From IMG/VR virus record IMGVR_UViG_3300037501_000255: a stretch of 64,000 nucleotides of DNA; one strand, given 5' to 3'. The DNA is from a virus (Duplodnaviria; Caudoviricetes). Below, in pieces: positions 27,907 through 38,300 of the stretch (position 1 is the first letter of the stretch; each line of letters begins with the position of its first letter). The notes beneath the pieces were generated by a model. It was not told where the DNA came from. It saw only the letters and a program-made list of their open reading frames with translations, and did no database searches. The position numbers and the translations under genes are program-made.

Positions 27907-28581
27907 TCATTGGAAGTCAAAGTCATCATCCTCCGCTATGTTAGCAGCAGCCTTCGAAGCATTCGAATTGCCAGAGCTTTTGAATGTAGCAGAAGAATCT
28001 ACTGCATTTCCTCCGGCTAGACCCAACTTACGCAGAATTTCCTCTACTTTTGAGGGCTGAGCAAATTTCTCTGCACTGACACGCGCGAGGAAATCCTTCA
28101 CCATAAGGCTTTCTTCTTGATTGATTGGGCCCATATTTCTTGGCACAGCAGTTACAATGTAGGTGTTGGAAATGCCGCGACCGCGGTCCTTATCAATCTT
28201 AACATCATACTGGCGTGGGTCACCCCAGTCCTTGTCCTTGCGCAGATTGACAATCTGATTGTAAACCTGCTTGCCGAACTCTACCAACTGAACGCGACCA
28301 CGTTCGCGGTTGATCGCAGCGATGAGGTACTTGGGCTGAGCTTTGTTGCCTTCGGCGCAAAGCGGGCAGTCATTCAGAGAGCAGTTTACCCTGCGTGTGC
28401 GACCTTGCACATCTGTTGCCCAGTGTATTGCGAAGATACAGGGGCCATCCTGCACAATGCGCAAGAGATACTTCCCGTCATCCTTCATATTAAGGAAGTC
28501 ATCCTTATCGAAGGCCGCTCCAGATGAGTCACCGCTCTCTGGAAGCCAAGAGTCTAATTTACCGAATGTTGGTTGTGCCAT
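27907..28581 (-). CDS. T4 gp32-like single-stranded DNA-binding protein
   Basis: LRIV..., H...NC...CPLC zinc ligands, GDP..YDVKIDK, acidic/aromatic tail EDDDFDFQ. Confidence 0.7.
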   Translation of the reverse strand: MAQPTFGKLDSWLPESGDSSGAAFDKDDFLNMKDDGKYLLRIVQDGPCIFAIHWATDVQGRTRRVNCSLNDCPLCAEGNKAQPKYLIAAINRERGRVQLVEFGKQVYNQIVNLRKDKDWGDPRQYDVKIDKDRGRGISNTYIVTAVPRNMGPINQEESLMVKDFLARVSAEKFAQPSKVEEILRKLGLAGGNAVDSSATFKSSGNSNASKAAANIAEDDDFDFQ

Positions 28582-28610
28582 GTTGTTTTCTCCTATTACA
28601 ATTTTGCTTA

Positions 28611-28700
28611 ATTGCGTTATTGTGTTATTGTGTTATTGTGTTATTGTGTTATTGTGTTATTGTGTTATTGTGTTATTGTGTTATTGTGTTATTGTGTTAT
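28611..28700. repeat. 8-nt tandem repeat (ATTGTGTT)x10 plus one variant ATTGCGTT
   Basis: Perfect copies at 28619-28698, variant at 28611-28618; lies in the leader of the SSB gene. Confidence 0.98.
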
Positions 28701-29240
28701 TTTCTTTCCCCACTCGTCTCTACGGACGGGTAGGACTTTTTCTGGCAAGTCGGTATCTTTCGATACGACATCTTTCATAAGATGATGAGCTTTGAGGAAT
28801 AATTGCTTCTTTTCCTCAATCATCGTCTTAAACATTTTGGCCTCAATACACTTGCCTTGAGCTTCCAAAAAGTCCGAATCTGAGAAGGCGTACTGCTCGC
28901 GATCTTTGGCAGACTTAAACCCGGCCTCAGCGGCGCGAACCATCATAGCCCGGCTAAAAGCCGCCTTCTTGGCAGCCTCGCATCTCAACTCGTAGCTTAC
29001 TGCTAGCGAATATAATTCGCCACACATGGCCATCCCTTTAAGCATCGCTCCTGCCAAATATTCGGCATAAGATGGATCCAAGTCGTGTATATTTTTAGGG
29101 ACTTCCCTGGAGATAGCAAATATGCTGGATATGAGCATATCTCCGCCATCCGGAAGAGTGTGCTCACGCCTAATCGCCATCTCAATTATTTCAGCTCTAG
29201 AATTGAGCCCTGAAACCTCAGTATTGTCGCTATCTGCCAT
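28689..29240 (-). CDS. helical protein, possible UvsY-like recombination mediator
   Basis: All-helical, KSAKDREQYAFSDSDFLEAQGK; immediately upstream of the SSB. The function is inference. Confidence 0.35.
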   Translation of the reverse strand: MADSDNTEVSGLNSRAEIIEMAIRREHTLPDGGDMLISSIFAISREVPKNIHDLDPSYAEYLAGAMLKGMAMCGELYSLAVSYELRCEAAKKAAFSRAMMVRAAEAGFKSAKDREQYAFSDSDFLEAQGKCIEAKMFKTMIEEKKQLFLKAHHLMKDVVSKDTDLPEKVLPVRRDEWGKKITQ

Positions 29241-29294
29241 GCCTTCTCCGTTACTGTGCATATGCTGCAAACGTCGTAGGTAGACGCTCAAATA

Positions 29295-29918
29295 TTAACC
29301 GTCAGATCTCCTAAATCTATTGAGATTTGGGCTATCTTTGAGCGCCGCTAACTTTGCCATTCTCTGTGCCGTTAGCGGGTCCGACGCTCCCCCGTCAAGG
29401 TCTACCAGCGAGGTGGGGTCAGGCGGCATTAAACCGGCCATGGCTGCGGCGAACTCCGAAGTCCCGGCGCCGGCCCCCTTGGCGGTCTTAGCGACCGTCA
29501 TATCGCCTTTGGAGAGGCCGAACTCGCGCTCGGCCTCCGCTCGGAGGGCGAAGATCTCTTGGCGTCGCTCCTCTTCTGGCAAGCTCTTAAGGTGAGGGTA
29601 CTCCTCCAACAGCTCGCGCTCAATCTCTTCATCCTGCATTTGGGATCGAGTTTTTGGTTTTACCCTGGCTGATGGCTGAATGGAGGATGCTAACCCCTGC
29701 CCTCTCGGTACAAGGTCATATTTGCCGGCGATTAGAGCAGCTACTTTAACGAGCGTAGCTTCATCAACATCTGCATCCGCCAGCTTTTCCTTGATTGAAG
29801 TAAATTCGGCATTAATTGCTGCGGACATGATCGTCTTGCCGCATGCAGGGCATGAGTTGTCCTGAAGTGCCTTGGTAAAGGACGGCGGTATCGGGGTTTG
29901 ACAGTTATTGCATTTCAT
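29295..29918 (-). CDS. zinc-ribbon hypothetical protein
   Basis: N-terminal CNNC...CPACG. Confidence 0.6.
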   Translation of the reverse strand: MKCNNCQTPIPPSFTKALQDNSCPACGKTIMSAAINAEFTSIKEKLADADVDEATLVKVAALIAGKYDLVPRGQGLASSIQPSARVKPKTRSQMQDEEIERELLEEYPHLKSLPEEERRQEIFALRAEAEREFGLSKGDMTVAKTAKGAGAGTSEFAAAMAGLMPPDPTSLVDLDGGASDPLTAQRMAKLAALKDSPNLNRFRRSDG

Positions 29919-32900
29919 TGTTCACCTGATTTTTATAGTAGGCTTCTAAGTTGATTAACACCAGAGTTTTATTGCCAGCATATTCATTGACTTTAAACAT
30001 GCCACGTATAGGCAGGCCCACGCGGAGTATTTTCTTCATTTTCTCATACTGGTCGGCCCATATTGTAACTTCTACACTTTCGCCGCGCAGATTTTCTATG
30101 GTTAATTTACCCATAGTTTTACCCTTATTCTTACCATCTTTTTTGATAAGAATCTCTTTAATAGATGTTACTATTCCTTCAGTTGGAAAGTTTATATTAT
30201 CTACCATAGCCTGCAGCTGAGCGTATGTCTGACCATATCTGCCCTCAATAAAGAATCCGGGATAGAGAGCCTTGATATCTCCAGAAACATATTCTCCCAG
30301 AGTATTCTTTTCTCCCTCCAGCTTTTCGCGCATAGTGAATTCAACGTGAGCTAATTCATGGCTATTTGGTACAAATGCGCTTAGCTGCTCGGGCGTGAGC
30401 TGATATGATTTCTTAATCTTCTTCTCTACCACAACTCTGGTGCGACTCGATTTACCCTCCAGATCTCCGCTATAATCATCAGATAGCTCCTCATTCTGGA
30501 AATCGCCATCATCAGCGATATCCACCTCAACCTCTTCCTCAACCTCTACGACAATCTCTTCTCCGTGCTTTTTAGCATACGCCTGCAGTTCTTTACGAAT
30601 ATCAAGGAAGTTGTCATGGATATATTTCCTTGACAATCCAAGGCTGTCGAATGCTCCAGCTAGGGCAAGGGCTACGATGACCGACTTGTTTACGACATTT
30701 CCTGGTGTACGATGTAGGAAGTCCTGAAATGAAGCATACGGCTGTCCGGCAATAATTGCCTTGAGCGCCCTCTCGCCCACGCCTTTTATCGCACCAAGGC
30801 CGGTAACAATTGTGCCCTTATCCTTCATAGAATAATATTCTTTGGATAAGTTAATGTCACATGACTGTATATTAATCTTAAATAGCTTGGCATCTTTTTT
30901 GAGAGCGTCGATAATCTCGCTGCGCTCACGCTTATTGCCCCTAGTTTGCGTATTTAGATTTGCGCATATAAATGGGCCAGGAGCATGCGCTTTGTAATAC
31001 GCCGTCTGATAGGAGATCATGCTATACATAATTGCGTGGCTAAGATTGAATCCATATCCGGCGAACGGCAGGACGACCTTATTCCATATTTCCTGAGCCT
31101 CGTCCTTTGATAGTTCAGAGAACGCCATGGAGTCTATTATGAATTTCTTCTCCAGTTCCGCAGCAAGATGAGCTCCTTTCTCCTTGAGCTTAGTAAGCTT
31201 ACGCAGACCGTCTGCTTCGGATAGATCCCATCCGGCTACCAACTGTGCAAGCTTGAGAAGATCCTCTTCATAAACCGGAATGCCGTGAGTGTGCTTAAAT
31301 ACCGGTTCCAAACATGGGTGGATATACTTTACTGGACTGCGTCCAAACCTACGATTTATGAATTCAATTCTATCTTGCTTACGGACAGATGGTCGTCCGA
31401 GAGCGCTGATGGCGGCAATGTCCTCAACTGACTTCGGCAGCATAGCCTTGCAGAGCGGCGTCATACTGCCATTTAACTGAAACATCCCGGTAGTATGCCC
31501 CAGATGCATTAGCTTGTAGGCCTTTGCATCGCCATCCTGCAAACTTTCAGGCTCTGGTAGGGTCATGCCGATTGACTTTGCTAGAGATATAGTCTCATCA
31601 ATAACATCCAGGGTATCTAACCCAAGAAAGTCCATCTTGACCAGACCAATCTCCTCGCACTGATCTTTATCATACTGAACAGAGATGGTTCCATCGCTAT
31701 CTCTGCGCAGCGGAGCGCACTCAGGCAGCGGCGTATCGGAAATCACTATGCCGGCAGCATGGGTAGCGAACCCGCGCGGAACGCCGATTAACTCATTAGC
31801 GTACTCTAGTATAACCGGGTACTCCTGCACGAACTTGCGTAACTTCTCCGATGCCTCCATAGCCTTAGCCATAGTGTCGATTTTAATTCGCTTGTCGCCC
31901 TCCATTATTAGGTCTGGAATACTGGCTGTAACGTCGTTTGCAATTTTGAAGGCAGTACTCTTATCTCCTCCAATAACCAATGACCGAGCCACGTCCTTGA
32001 TGACTAGCTTTGGTGTTAATCGGAGAATGTTAGAAATGAATGCAACCTTGTCTTCTCCATACTTGTCTTTGCAATATTGAATAACACGCTCTCTGCCGCT
32101 AGGAGCAAAGTCGCAATCGATATCTGGAAGTGACTTCTTCTCCTTATTCTGGAAACGCTCGAAAAGCAATCCATATTTAATAGGATCTGCCATATGAATA
32201 CCGAGCAGGAATGCTACAAGGGAGCCCCCCACGCTTCCGCGGCCGGGACCGACAGTAATCCCGTTATTTTTGGCCCATTGTATGTAATCGGCGACGATTA
32301 GCATATACGAGCTGAAGTTGCGCATCTCAAGAATATCAAGCTCTTTCTTTACGCGCTCCAGGTATTCCTGCTTCTTTTCTTTAGAAAAGGCTTCTGTGTA
32401 TTTGTCAAATGCCTTTTTAACACGGAAGCGTAGATAGGCGGCGTCTTTCTTGAGCGCAGCGATTGCAGGCTTATCTTGCGACCATGCGCTGAACTCAGCT
32501 GCATCCCCCTCGTCTTTCCAGGGATACGCCGGCAGTCTGTGACCCTTCGGAGCCATGTAGTCCGGATATTCACAACTATCGGCTATTTTCACAGTATTAT
32601 CCACCATTGTGCCCGCAGTGGTACTATCGAATTTTTTCGCAAAGTAGCTGACTAACTGATCTCGGCCCTTCAAGTAGAATTCCGGGCACGGCTTAATCGC
32701 CCCGTACTTGGTACCGCCGCATTGATAACATTCCTTCTTGGAATCCGCAGGATACTCCCCGGTTCCAGCGCAAATTAGGCATGGCTGATATGTAGCGTAA
32801 CGGTGACGCGTTGGGTCCTCAAGGGATTTCTTGGAACCGATTGCCAATACCATATCGTGATATTTCTCATGCTTACTCGTAAGATAGTGCGAGTCGCATG

Positions 32901-33531
32901 TGGCAATCATTTGTATTTTTAGCTCATCTGCCAAGAATTTAAGTTGTTCATTTAGGAATGATTGATTAAACTCTCCGCGCTGCAACTCATGCGGCTGTAG
33001 TTCAATATAAAACTTGTCGCCAAAAAGATCTCTGAAGATTGACGCCAAATCCTTTGCTTTGCGAATATTTTTTTCAAATATGGCGGAGGCGAATGGGGAA
33101 CCGCCGCATGCAGAGTTTACAAATAATCCTTCCCTGTGTTTCTTTAGGATACTAAAGTCTACGCGCGGAAATTGACGCCCCATCACTGTCACGGAATTAC
33201 GAAATCCAGCAGCATTTATCTGCAATAGGTTGCGATAACCTTCCTCATTTTTGGCTAATAGCACAAGATGCCGTCTCTTAGACTTGGGATCATTTAGATC
33301 TTCACAGTAATATATTTCACTGCCTGGAATGAACTTAATCTGCCGCCCCTGCTCTTTATACTTCTTGTATTCCTTATATCCCTCGTGTATACCAGCCAGG
33401 ACACCGTGATCTGTAATTGCTATACCGGGCTGCCCTAACTCTGCCACTCTCTTAAAAAGATCTGGTATGCAAATGATTGCATCCATGTGAGAGTGATATG
33501 TGTGCGAGTGTAGGTTTACGAAATTGTCCAT
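29905..33531 (-). CDS. dnaE: DNA polymerase III alpha subunit
   Basis: PHP motifs LHSH, TDHG, DSHY; GPGRGSVGGSL; FERF; PDIDCD; HAAG; KMDFLGL; YGFNLSHA; C-terminal OB fold. Confidence 0.97.
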   Translation of the reverse strand: MDNFVNLHSHTYHSHMDAIICIPDLFKRVAELGQPGIAITDHGVLAGIHEGYKEYKKYKEQGRQIKFIPGSEIYYCEDLNDPKSKRRHLVLLAKNEEGYRNLLQINAAGFRNSVTVMGRQFPRVDFSILKKHREGLFVNSACGGSPFASAIFEKNIRKAKDLASIFRDLFGDKFYIELQPHELQRGEFNQSFLNEQLKFLADELKIQMIATCDSHYLTSKHEKYHDMVLAIGSKKSLEDPTRHRYATYQPCLICAGTGEYPADSKKECYQCGGTKYGAIKPCPEFYLKGRDQLVSYFAKKFDSTTAGTMVDNTVKIADSCEYPDYMAPKGHRLPAYPWKDEGDAAEFSAWSQDKPAIAALKKDAAYLRFRVKKAFDKYTEAFSKEKKQEYLERVKKELDILEMRNFSSYMLIVADYIQWAKNNGITVGPGRGSVGGSLVAFLLGIHMADPIKYGLLFERFQNKEKKSLPDIDCDFAPSGRERVIQYCKDKYGEDKVAFISNILRLTPKLVIKDVARSLVIGGDKSTAFKIANDVTASIPDLIMEGDKRIKIDTMAKAMEASEKLRKFVQEYPVILEYANELIGVPRGFATHAAGIVISDTPLPECAPLRRDSDGTISVQYDKDQCEEIGLVKMDFLGLDTLDVIDETISLAKSIGMTLPEPESLQDGDAKAYKLMHLGHTTGMFQLNGSMTPLCKAMLPKSVEDIAAISALGRPSVRKQDRIEFINRRFGRSPVKYIHPCLEPVFKHTHGIPVYEEDLLKLAQLVAGWDLSEADGLRKLTKLKEKGAHLAAELEKKFIIDSMAFSELSKDEAQEIWNKVVLPFAGYGFNLSHAIMYSMISYQTAYYKAHAPGPFICANLNTQTRGNKRERSEIIDALKKDAKLFKINIQSCDINLSKEYYSMKDKGTIVTGLGAIKGVGERALKAIIAGQPYASFQDFLHRTPGNVVNKSVIVALALAGAFDSLGLSRKYIHDNFLDIRKELQAYAKKHGEEIVVEVEEEVEVDIADDGDFQNEELSDDYSGDLEGKSSRTRVVVEKKIKKSYQLTPEQLSAFVPNSHELAHVEFTMREKLEGEKNTLGEYVSGDIKALYPGFFIEGRYGQTYAQLQAMVDNINFPTEGIVTSIKEILIKKDGKNKGKTMGKLTIENLRGESVEVTIWADQYEKMKKILRVGLPIRGMFKVNEYAGNKTLVLINLEAYYKNQVNNEMQ

Positions 33532-33533
33532 CT

Positions 33534-33860
33534 TTATACTCCTGAGATCGGGATATTCAATTCATTTTGAAGATATGCAGCAAGCTGTACTTCAAATAAA
33601 TTCACAATCCTCGTATCATCTTTATTTTTGAACTTGACATGGATATCTACCGTGCCAAGCTTCGACTGCAATAATATTGCGTCATTATCTATTCTGATAA
33701 TAGAATAGACTTCAAGATCGTACGCTAACCTTCCAAATGGAAGAAGAAATTCTCCGATGCTTTTGCTGATCGGCTGCGGCAACGTGTACTGTATGGTTCG
33801 GCATGTTTTGCAGCTCTGAAGCTGACGAACCTGTACTAAATCATGAAATGGCTTATCCAT
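33534..33860 (-). CDS. hypothetical protein
   Basis: 108 aa with CKTC, abutting dnaE. Confidence 0.55.
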   Translation of the reverse strand: MDKPFHDLVQVRQLQSCKTCRTIQYTLPQPISKSIGEFLLPFGRLAYDLEVYSIIRIDNDAILLQSKLGTVDIHVKFKNKDDTRIVNLFEVQLAAYLQNELNIPISGV

Positions 33861-33873
33861 TCTAATATACGGA

Positions 33874-33898
33874 AATAGGGGAGAATAACTCCCCTATT
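33874..33898 (-). terminator. intergenic hairpin, possible terminator
   Basis: 10-bp perfect stem AATAGGGGAG/CTCCCCTATT with 5-nt loop; weak U-tract. Confidence 0.45.
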
Positions 33899-33918
33899 GC
33901 CTGCCTTGACAGTAATCT

Positions 33919-34140
33919 TTAGGAAAATCGCGCCTGAACTGCTACCGGCTCGTTTGTTGACTGGTGCATCGTCATGGCACCAAGAATTGCTGTTAGATCA
34001 CGATCGGCAGCGCGCAACTCCTCCTTGCTGGCCTCAAGCACAACTCGAACCTTGCCAACATCCTCTTCGCCCTTGCCTGGAATAACGGTAATAGTCTTAA
34101 CTGTGAAGCCTGAAATTGAACCTACTGCTTGTGTTGTCAT
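33919..34140 (-). CDS. small hypothetical protein
   Basis: 73 aa, RBS aggag. Confidence 0.55.
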   Translation of the reverse strand: MTTQAVGSISGFTVKTITVIPGKGEEDVGKVRVVLEASKEELRAADRDLTAILGAMTMHQSTNEPVAVQARFS

Positions 34141-34148
34141 ACTTGCTC

Positions 34149-35360
34149 CTACTTAACCTTTGCTTGTGAAATGAGAAAATCTATCGCTCTGTTTCTCTCA
34201 TGGAAAGACATCAAAAGTTCATACTGGCCGGAATTTCTTAGATGTGTCAAAACCTCGTCCGGCGTTCTTCCAACCTTCTGCGCCTCGGCCTCTACTACGC
34301 CGAACGCCTCGTCTGCGGACATGTGAATATTTTCGCGCTCACGATAAATGGCATCAAGGAATATATTAGACAGTATATTTCTACGCGCCTGCTGTTTGAG
34401 TTGCTGTACGAGCTGCTCCGAGTCTTTAGGAAGCGCTTTTAAACCAATGCGCCTGCAGATCACCTCAGTCTCGGCATCTATCCAGCGGTCCGGAATCTCC
34501 AGAGGGTTAGCCTCGATTAGCTGTGTTAGAACTTCATTATAAAGCTTGGCCTTTAGCGGTACGGAATGATCATTGGTTTTCTTAGAGATTAAATCTCTCT
34601 TCATATCCTCCAACGAAGAGAATAGAGCTGATTTAGCAAATTCGTCATCTAGTGCTGGTAATGCTCGTGCGAATACGGCGGATAAGCGAACCCGAATAAC
34701 CCTACCATCCTTAAGCGCTGCGTCAAACTCATCACCTGCTTTCTTATCAAGAAAGACAGTATTGTCAACAAACGTGTCCGGTGTATCTGATAATGCTACT
34801 GAGGCGTGACTATTGCTGCCATCGAGGAATTCAACGGAAACCTGATCGCTCGCCTCAGCAGGCCTTTCTACAAAATCAAGCTGCGCCATAGAAGCGCGTA
34901 TCTTCTCAAGATCAGCCGCCACCAGACTGTCTAGTGTTGGCAAAGCCTCTGAAATGTGCAGTTCGGGCGGGATCACCACCTGTAACTCGGGCTCAAAATC
35001 AGCAATTACTGCGAACTCAAAGGAGCCATCGAGATTAAACTCTCCGACATATTTTTTTCTACGCGAAGCCCTATGAGCCTCAATGAGACTTGGCGAGCCG
35101 ACTATTTTAAGTTGTTTCTCGCGAATTGATCCCGAGACCTCTTCATGAACAATTCTCGCGGAGCACTCTGCTAAAATAATATCCTTGAATTGATTACGAA
35201 TTACTGCCGGCGGGGCAGTGCCCTTCCTAAAACCCCTTGCCTCAACACGCGGGGCGATTTCTTTAATGAAGGAGTTGATTGATTCGTCTACTTGAGATTG
35301 TGTAACCGAGAAAAACAGTTGCTTCTCTATGCCACTCTTATCTTCTATCCTTACTAACAT
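34149..35360 (-). CDS. tig: trigger factor
   Basis: Ribosome-binding signature GFRKGTAP; LDDEFAK...SLEDMK; C-domain IPDRWIDAE; middle FKBP domain shortened. Confidence 0.85.
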   Translation of the reverse strand: MLVRIEDKSGIEKQLFFSVTQSQVDESINSFIKEIAPRVEARGFRKGTAPPAVIRNQFKDIILAECSARIVHEEVSGSIREKQLKIVGSPSLIEAHRASRRKKYVGEFNLDGSFEFAVIADFEPELQVVIPPELHISEALPTLDSLVAADLEKIRASMAQLDFVERPAEASDQVSVEFLDGSNSHASVALSDTPDTFVDNTVFLDKKAGDEFDAALKDGRVIRVRLSAVFARALPALDDEFAKSALFSSLEDMKRDLISKKTNDHSVPLKAKLYNEVLTQLIEANPLEIPDRWIDAETEVICRRIGLKALPKDSEQLVQQLKQQARRNILSNIFLDAIYRERENIHMSADEAFGVVEAEAQKVGRTPDEVLTHLRNSGQYELLMSFHERNRAIDFLISQAKVK

Positions 35361-35367
35361 ATATTGT

Positions 35368-38300
35368 CTATCTCCTATATTGGTTTGGATCAGTAAGTAG
35401 CTGTGACTGCTCCTGCTTAATTGCTGACTCCCAACGTTCGGCCTGTTCATCAAACATTGTATCTATATCCTTAACCTCCTCTCTCTTGGCCCGCTCAGAG
35501 GGCGGTCGTGTATTGCGTACTCGATATTTATCCAATTCGAGAAGAAGATTACTGAAGTCATCGCCTGCCGATAGGCGACGATTTAGGTCCATCAGAAGCA
35601 ATTGCAGATGCTGTGGACTGACTGCGTCACCTAGATCCTTTACATTTACAAGGCTATCGAGCGCCATAGACACCCTGCGTACAGTATCGGCCTTATCCTT
35701 GTACTGAGGTGACTGGGACATTCGACTAATAAAGTCCCGTACCTTATCTCGCGATACGGTCAGCGACTCTTTGATATAATCAAACTCTTCTTCTGCACCG
35801 GCCGCCTCGCGCTCTGCCATGTCTTTTGCTTTATTGATAGCCTTAAGTAGTTGCGAGCGATACACTTTTGATGTGGAAAGTAGGTCGCGTAGTTGATTAA
35901 GTAATACGGGATTTCTCCCAGCTGCAGACATCTCTTTTGAGAGGGATGCTTGTGCCTGAACTACAGCCTGCAGGTACTTCATTAGTTCTTCGGCCTTGCT
36001 ATTGAGGCGCGCAACGCCATCTTGCTGTTGGGGCACAAGCCTGTCTGCCAGCTTGCCGCCAGAGAAAATAGTTTTCGATAGGGATGTAATGAGCGCCTCA
36101 CCCTCCTCCTGTTTTGGGGCGGGCAATGCAGGGTCTTTGCCAGTATTCTGCTCTCTACGTATCGTGCTTCTTAGGGCTGGGGCAACTTTGCCCAAAATCA
36201 TCTCTACAGTTGTTCCGATACTTTTATCTGTAAGATACGATGGTGGTAGTTTCTGTAGTTCCTTCTCCACTTTCTGCAGAGTATCTGTTGGCACACCGCT
36301 TTTAGCCAAGTCATCCAAAATGCTCTTGATAATCGGATTTTCATCTGACTTATCGGTGATCTCGCTGCTACGTTCAGCATCAAGCTTCACAGAGGAGAAA
36401 TCAACCTCGACTTGTGGCGGAATGTAGGTTGTAGATACGAATGGACTCTGTTTGAATGGCACGTCGCCGCCCTTCGTATAGGGCACTATATCCTTTTCAT
36501 AGGCGGGAGAGATGGATAGCACTTCCTTCCTGCGGTCAAGCATGGCCATGCGTATAGCGCCTACAGGATTTCCTAACAGGTTGTTCCCTAGACGCCTGAC
36601 GGTATTTACTAGCGAGCTGTATACAGACGGCTCTACTATTTCGCCTTTACCCTCGGCCAATCGCTGGGCATTTAGCTTGTCTATTTGCTCACGAGAGAGT
36701 CTTTCCCCCGGCTGTATATTTAATCGAGTTTTACGCACAATGCCCGACGCGTGCGATGTCGTGTCTGGGACGGGATCGGCAAAGGCTTTTGTAATCTGAG
36801 CTAATTCCTCCCAGGACCTTGGTCTGGGGTTTGCTGGATCCGACCAATTTTCGTCAGTTACCGAAGCGTCAGACTTATTCTTCTCAAAAAACTCACGTAC
36901 GGCTGATAGAGCTGGGGCGGCGCGCGCGGCGCGAAATCCATAATCAGCACCTATAATCATTGCTCCAAGAGAATTATTTAGTAATCTAGAGGCATCCTCG
37001 CCCTTTCCCTGTTTATCTGCAAAAGCGCGGTATAGCTGACTGAGCTTGCCGTATATGGTGTTTGACGCCAGCACTGCACCGCCACGACCGCCCTTTAGAG
37101 ACATGAAGTCGGTATTTATGAATCTCTCAATCTCCTCTCTGCGCTCAGAAGTTTTAGCGGAGAGCTTCTTAGATAACACTTCCGTTACATATTCTTCAAT
37201 TATACCTGGAAGCACCTTGTTGCATACGTAGACCGATACGTGCTCCCATGTCACATCCCTCGTGACCCCCTGCTTTTGTAATTCATAATATTTTGACATG
37301 ATATCTGCCAGTATTTTATTTATTAGGTCGCCAGTGCGGCGACCTGCATCCTGCCCCGCCCCACTGTATGTCAGGGCTATATCGGCCTGCTTAGCTTTTA
37401 TACCGGTGTCATCGATACCCAGATATTTCAATAGTGGTTCAAGCTTGGATGCGGCAACCCCGGAGCCAAGGCTCTCGTCCCGCAACTTAGAGATGGCGTC
37501 AGTATTGATTACGCTGCTTTTATAGTCCTCTTCATTGGCAGCATAGCGCTCAGCGAATGCTTGCGACGACAGTGCTGCAGATAGGTGGGGGAGGAACCCG
37601 TCCGTAAGGGTGCCAAGCTTATCGTTTATGCTTTTTATTTCTTTTTCTGAGGTAAGGGGCTGTGATGCTGCATCTACAAGTTTAATTGCCGACGGCGCAT
37701 TGTACACGTAGCGCATTGTGAGCGGGAGGAGGGGCATAGCATATAGTTTGAATATATTTGAAAGAATTAATTGAAGCGAAGTTTTGTCAGCAAACAGAGG
37801 GCCGTACTTGTTGAGTATCTGCGTGCGCGCTGCCTCAAAAGCATACATCATCTCTTCATTGAATGCCCGAATATTGTCCAGGTCCTTGGTCTTAAACGAT
37901 GTACCGGCTATGTCCCCACCGGGCGTGCCAGAACCATATGTGCGCTTCGCTTCATTCGAGGCCTCTAAGAATTGATTGCTTTCTGAAGTTATTGCTTTAT
38001 TTACCTCGCCCTTGGCGGCTACTATGAATTCGTCCAAAATGTCGGTCGCTACGGCAGCGTTTGGCTTACTCATCAGTTTTGCAATGGCTTGGGTCAACTG
38101 TGCCGAGGACTGTGCCTGCATATGTGCGCGTGCACTCTCCATCGACTCCATAGCTCCATCAATAACTTCGAAAGCCACATCTGCATATGTTCTATTACTT
38201 AGAAATTTCGTACGAATATCGCCCATGTTAAGATTGGTCGACGCCACGCTATACTTCTCACCATTCCACATGGTCATATTCAAATCTAGGCTAGCTAATT

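Noticed and set aside
28611-28700. Repeat as a CRISPR array or as a coding LCYCVIVL repeat
   Set aside because: The 8-nt units have no spacers; the plus-strand peptides are artefacts of the repeat
28700-28745. Possible pseudoknot upstream of the SSB leader repeat (CUAC/GUAG and CGUC/GACG)
   Set aside because: The connecting loop would be only 1 nt across a 4-bp stem, which is sterically implausible; it needs computational folding
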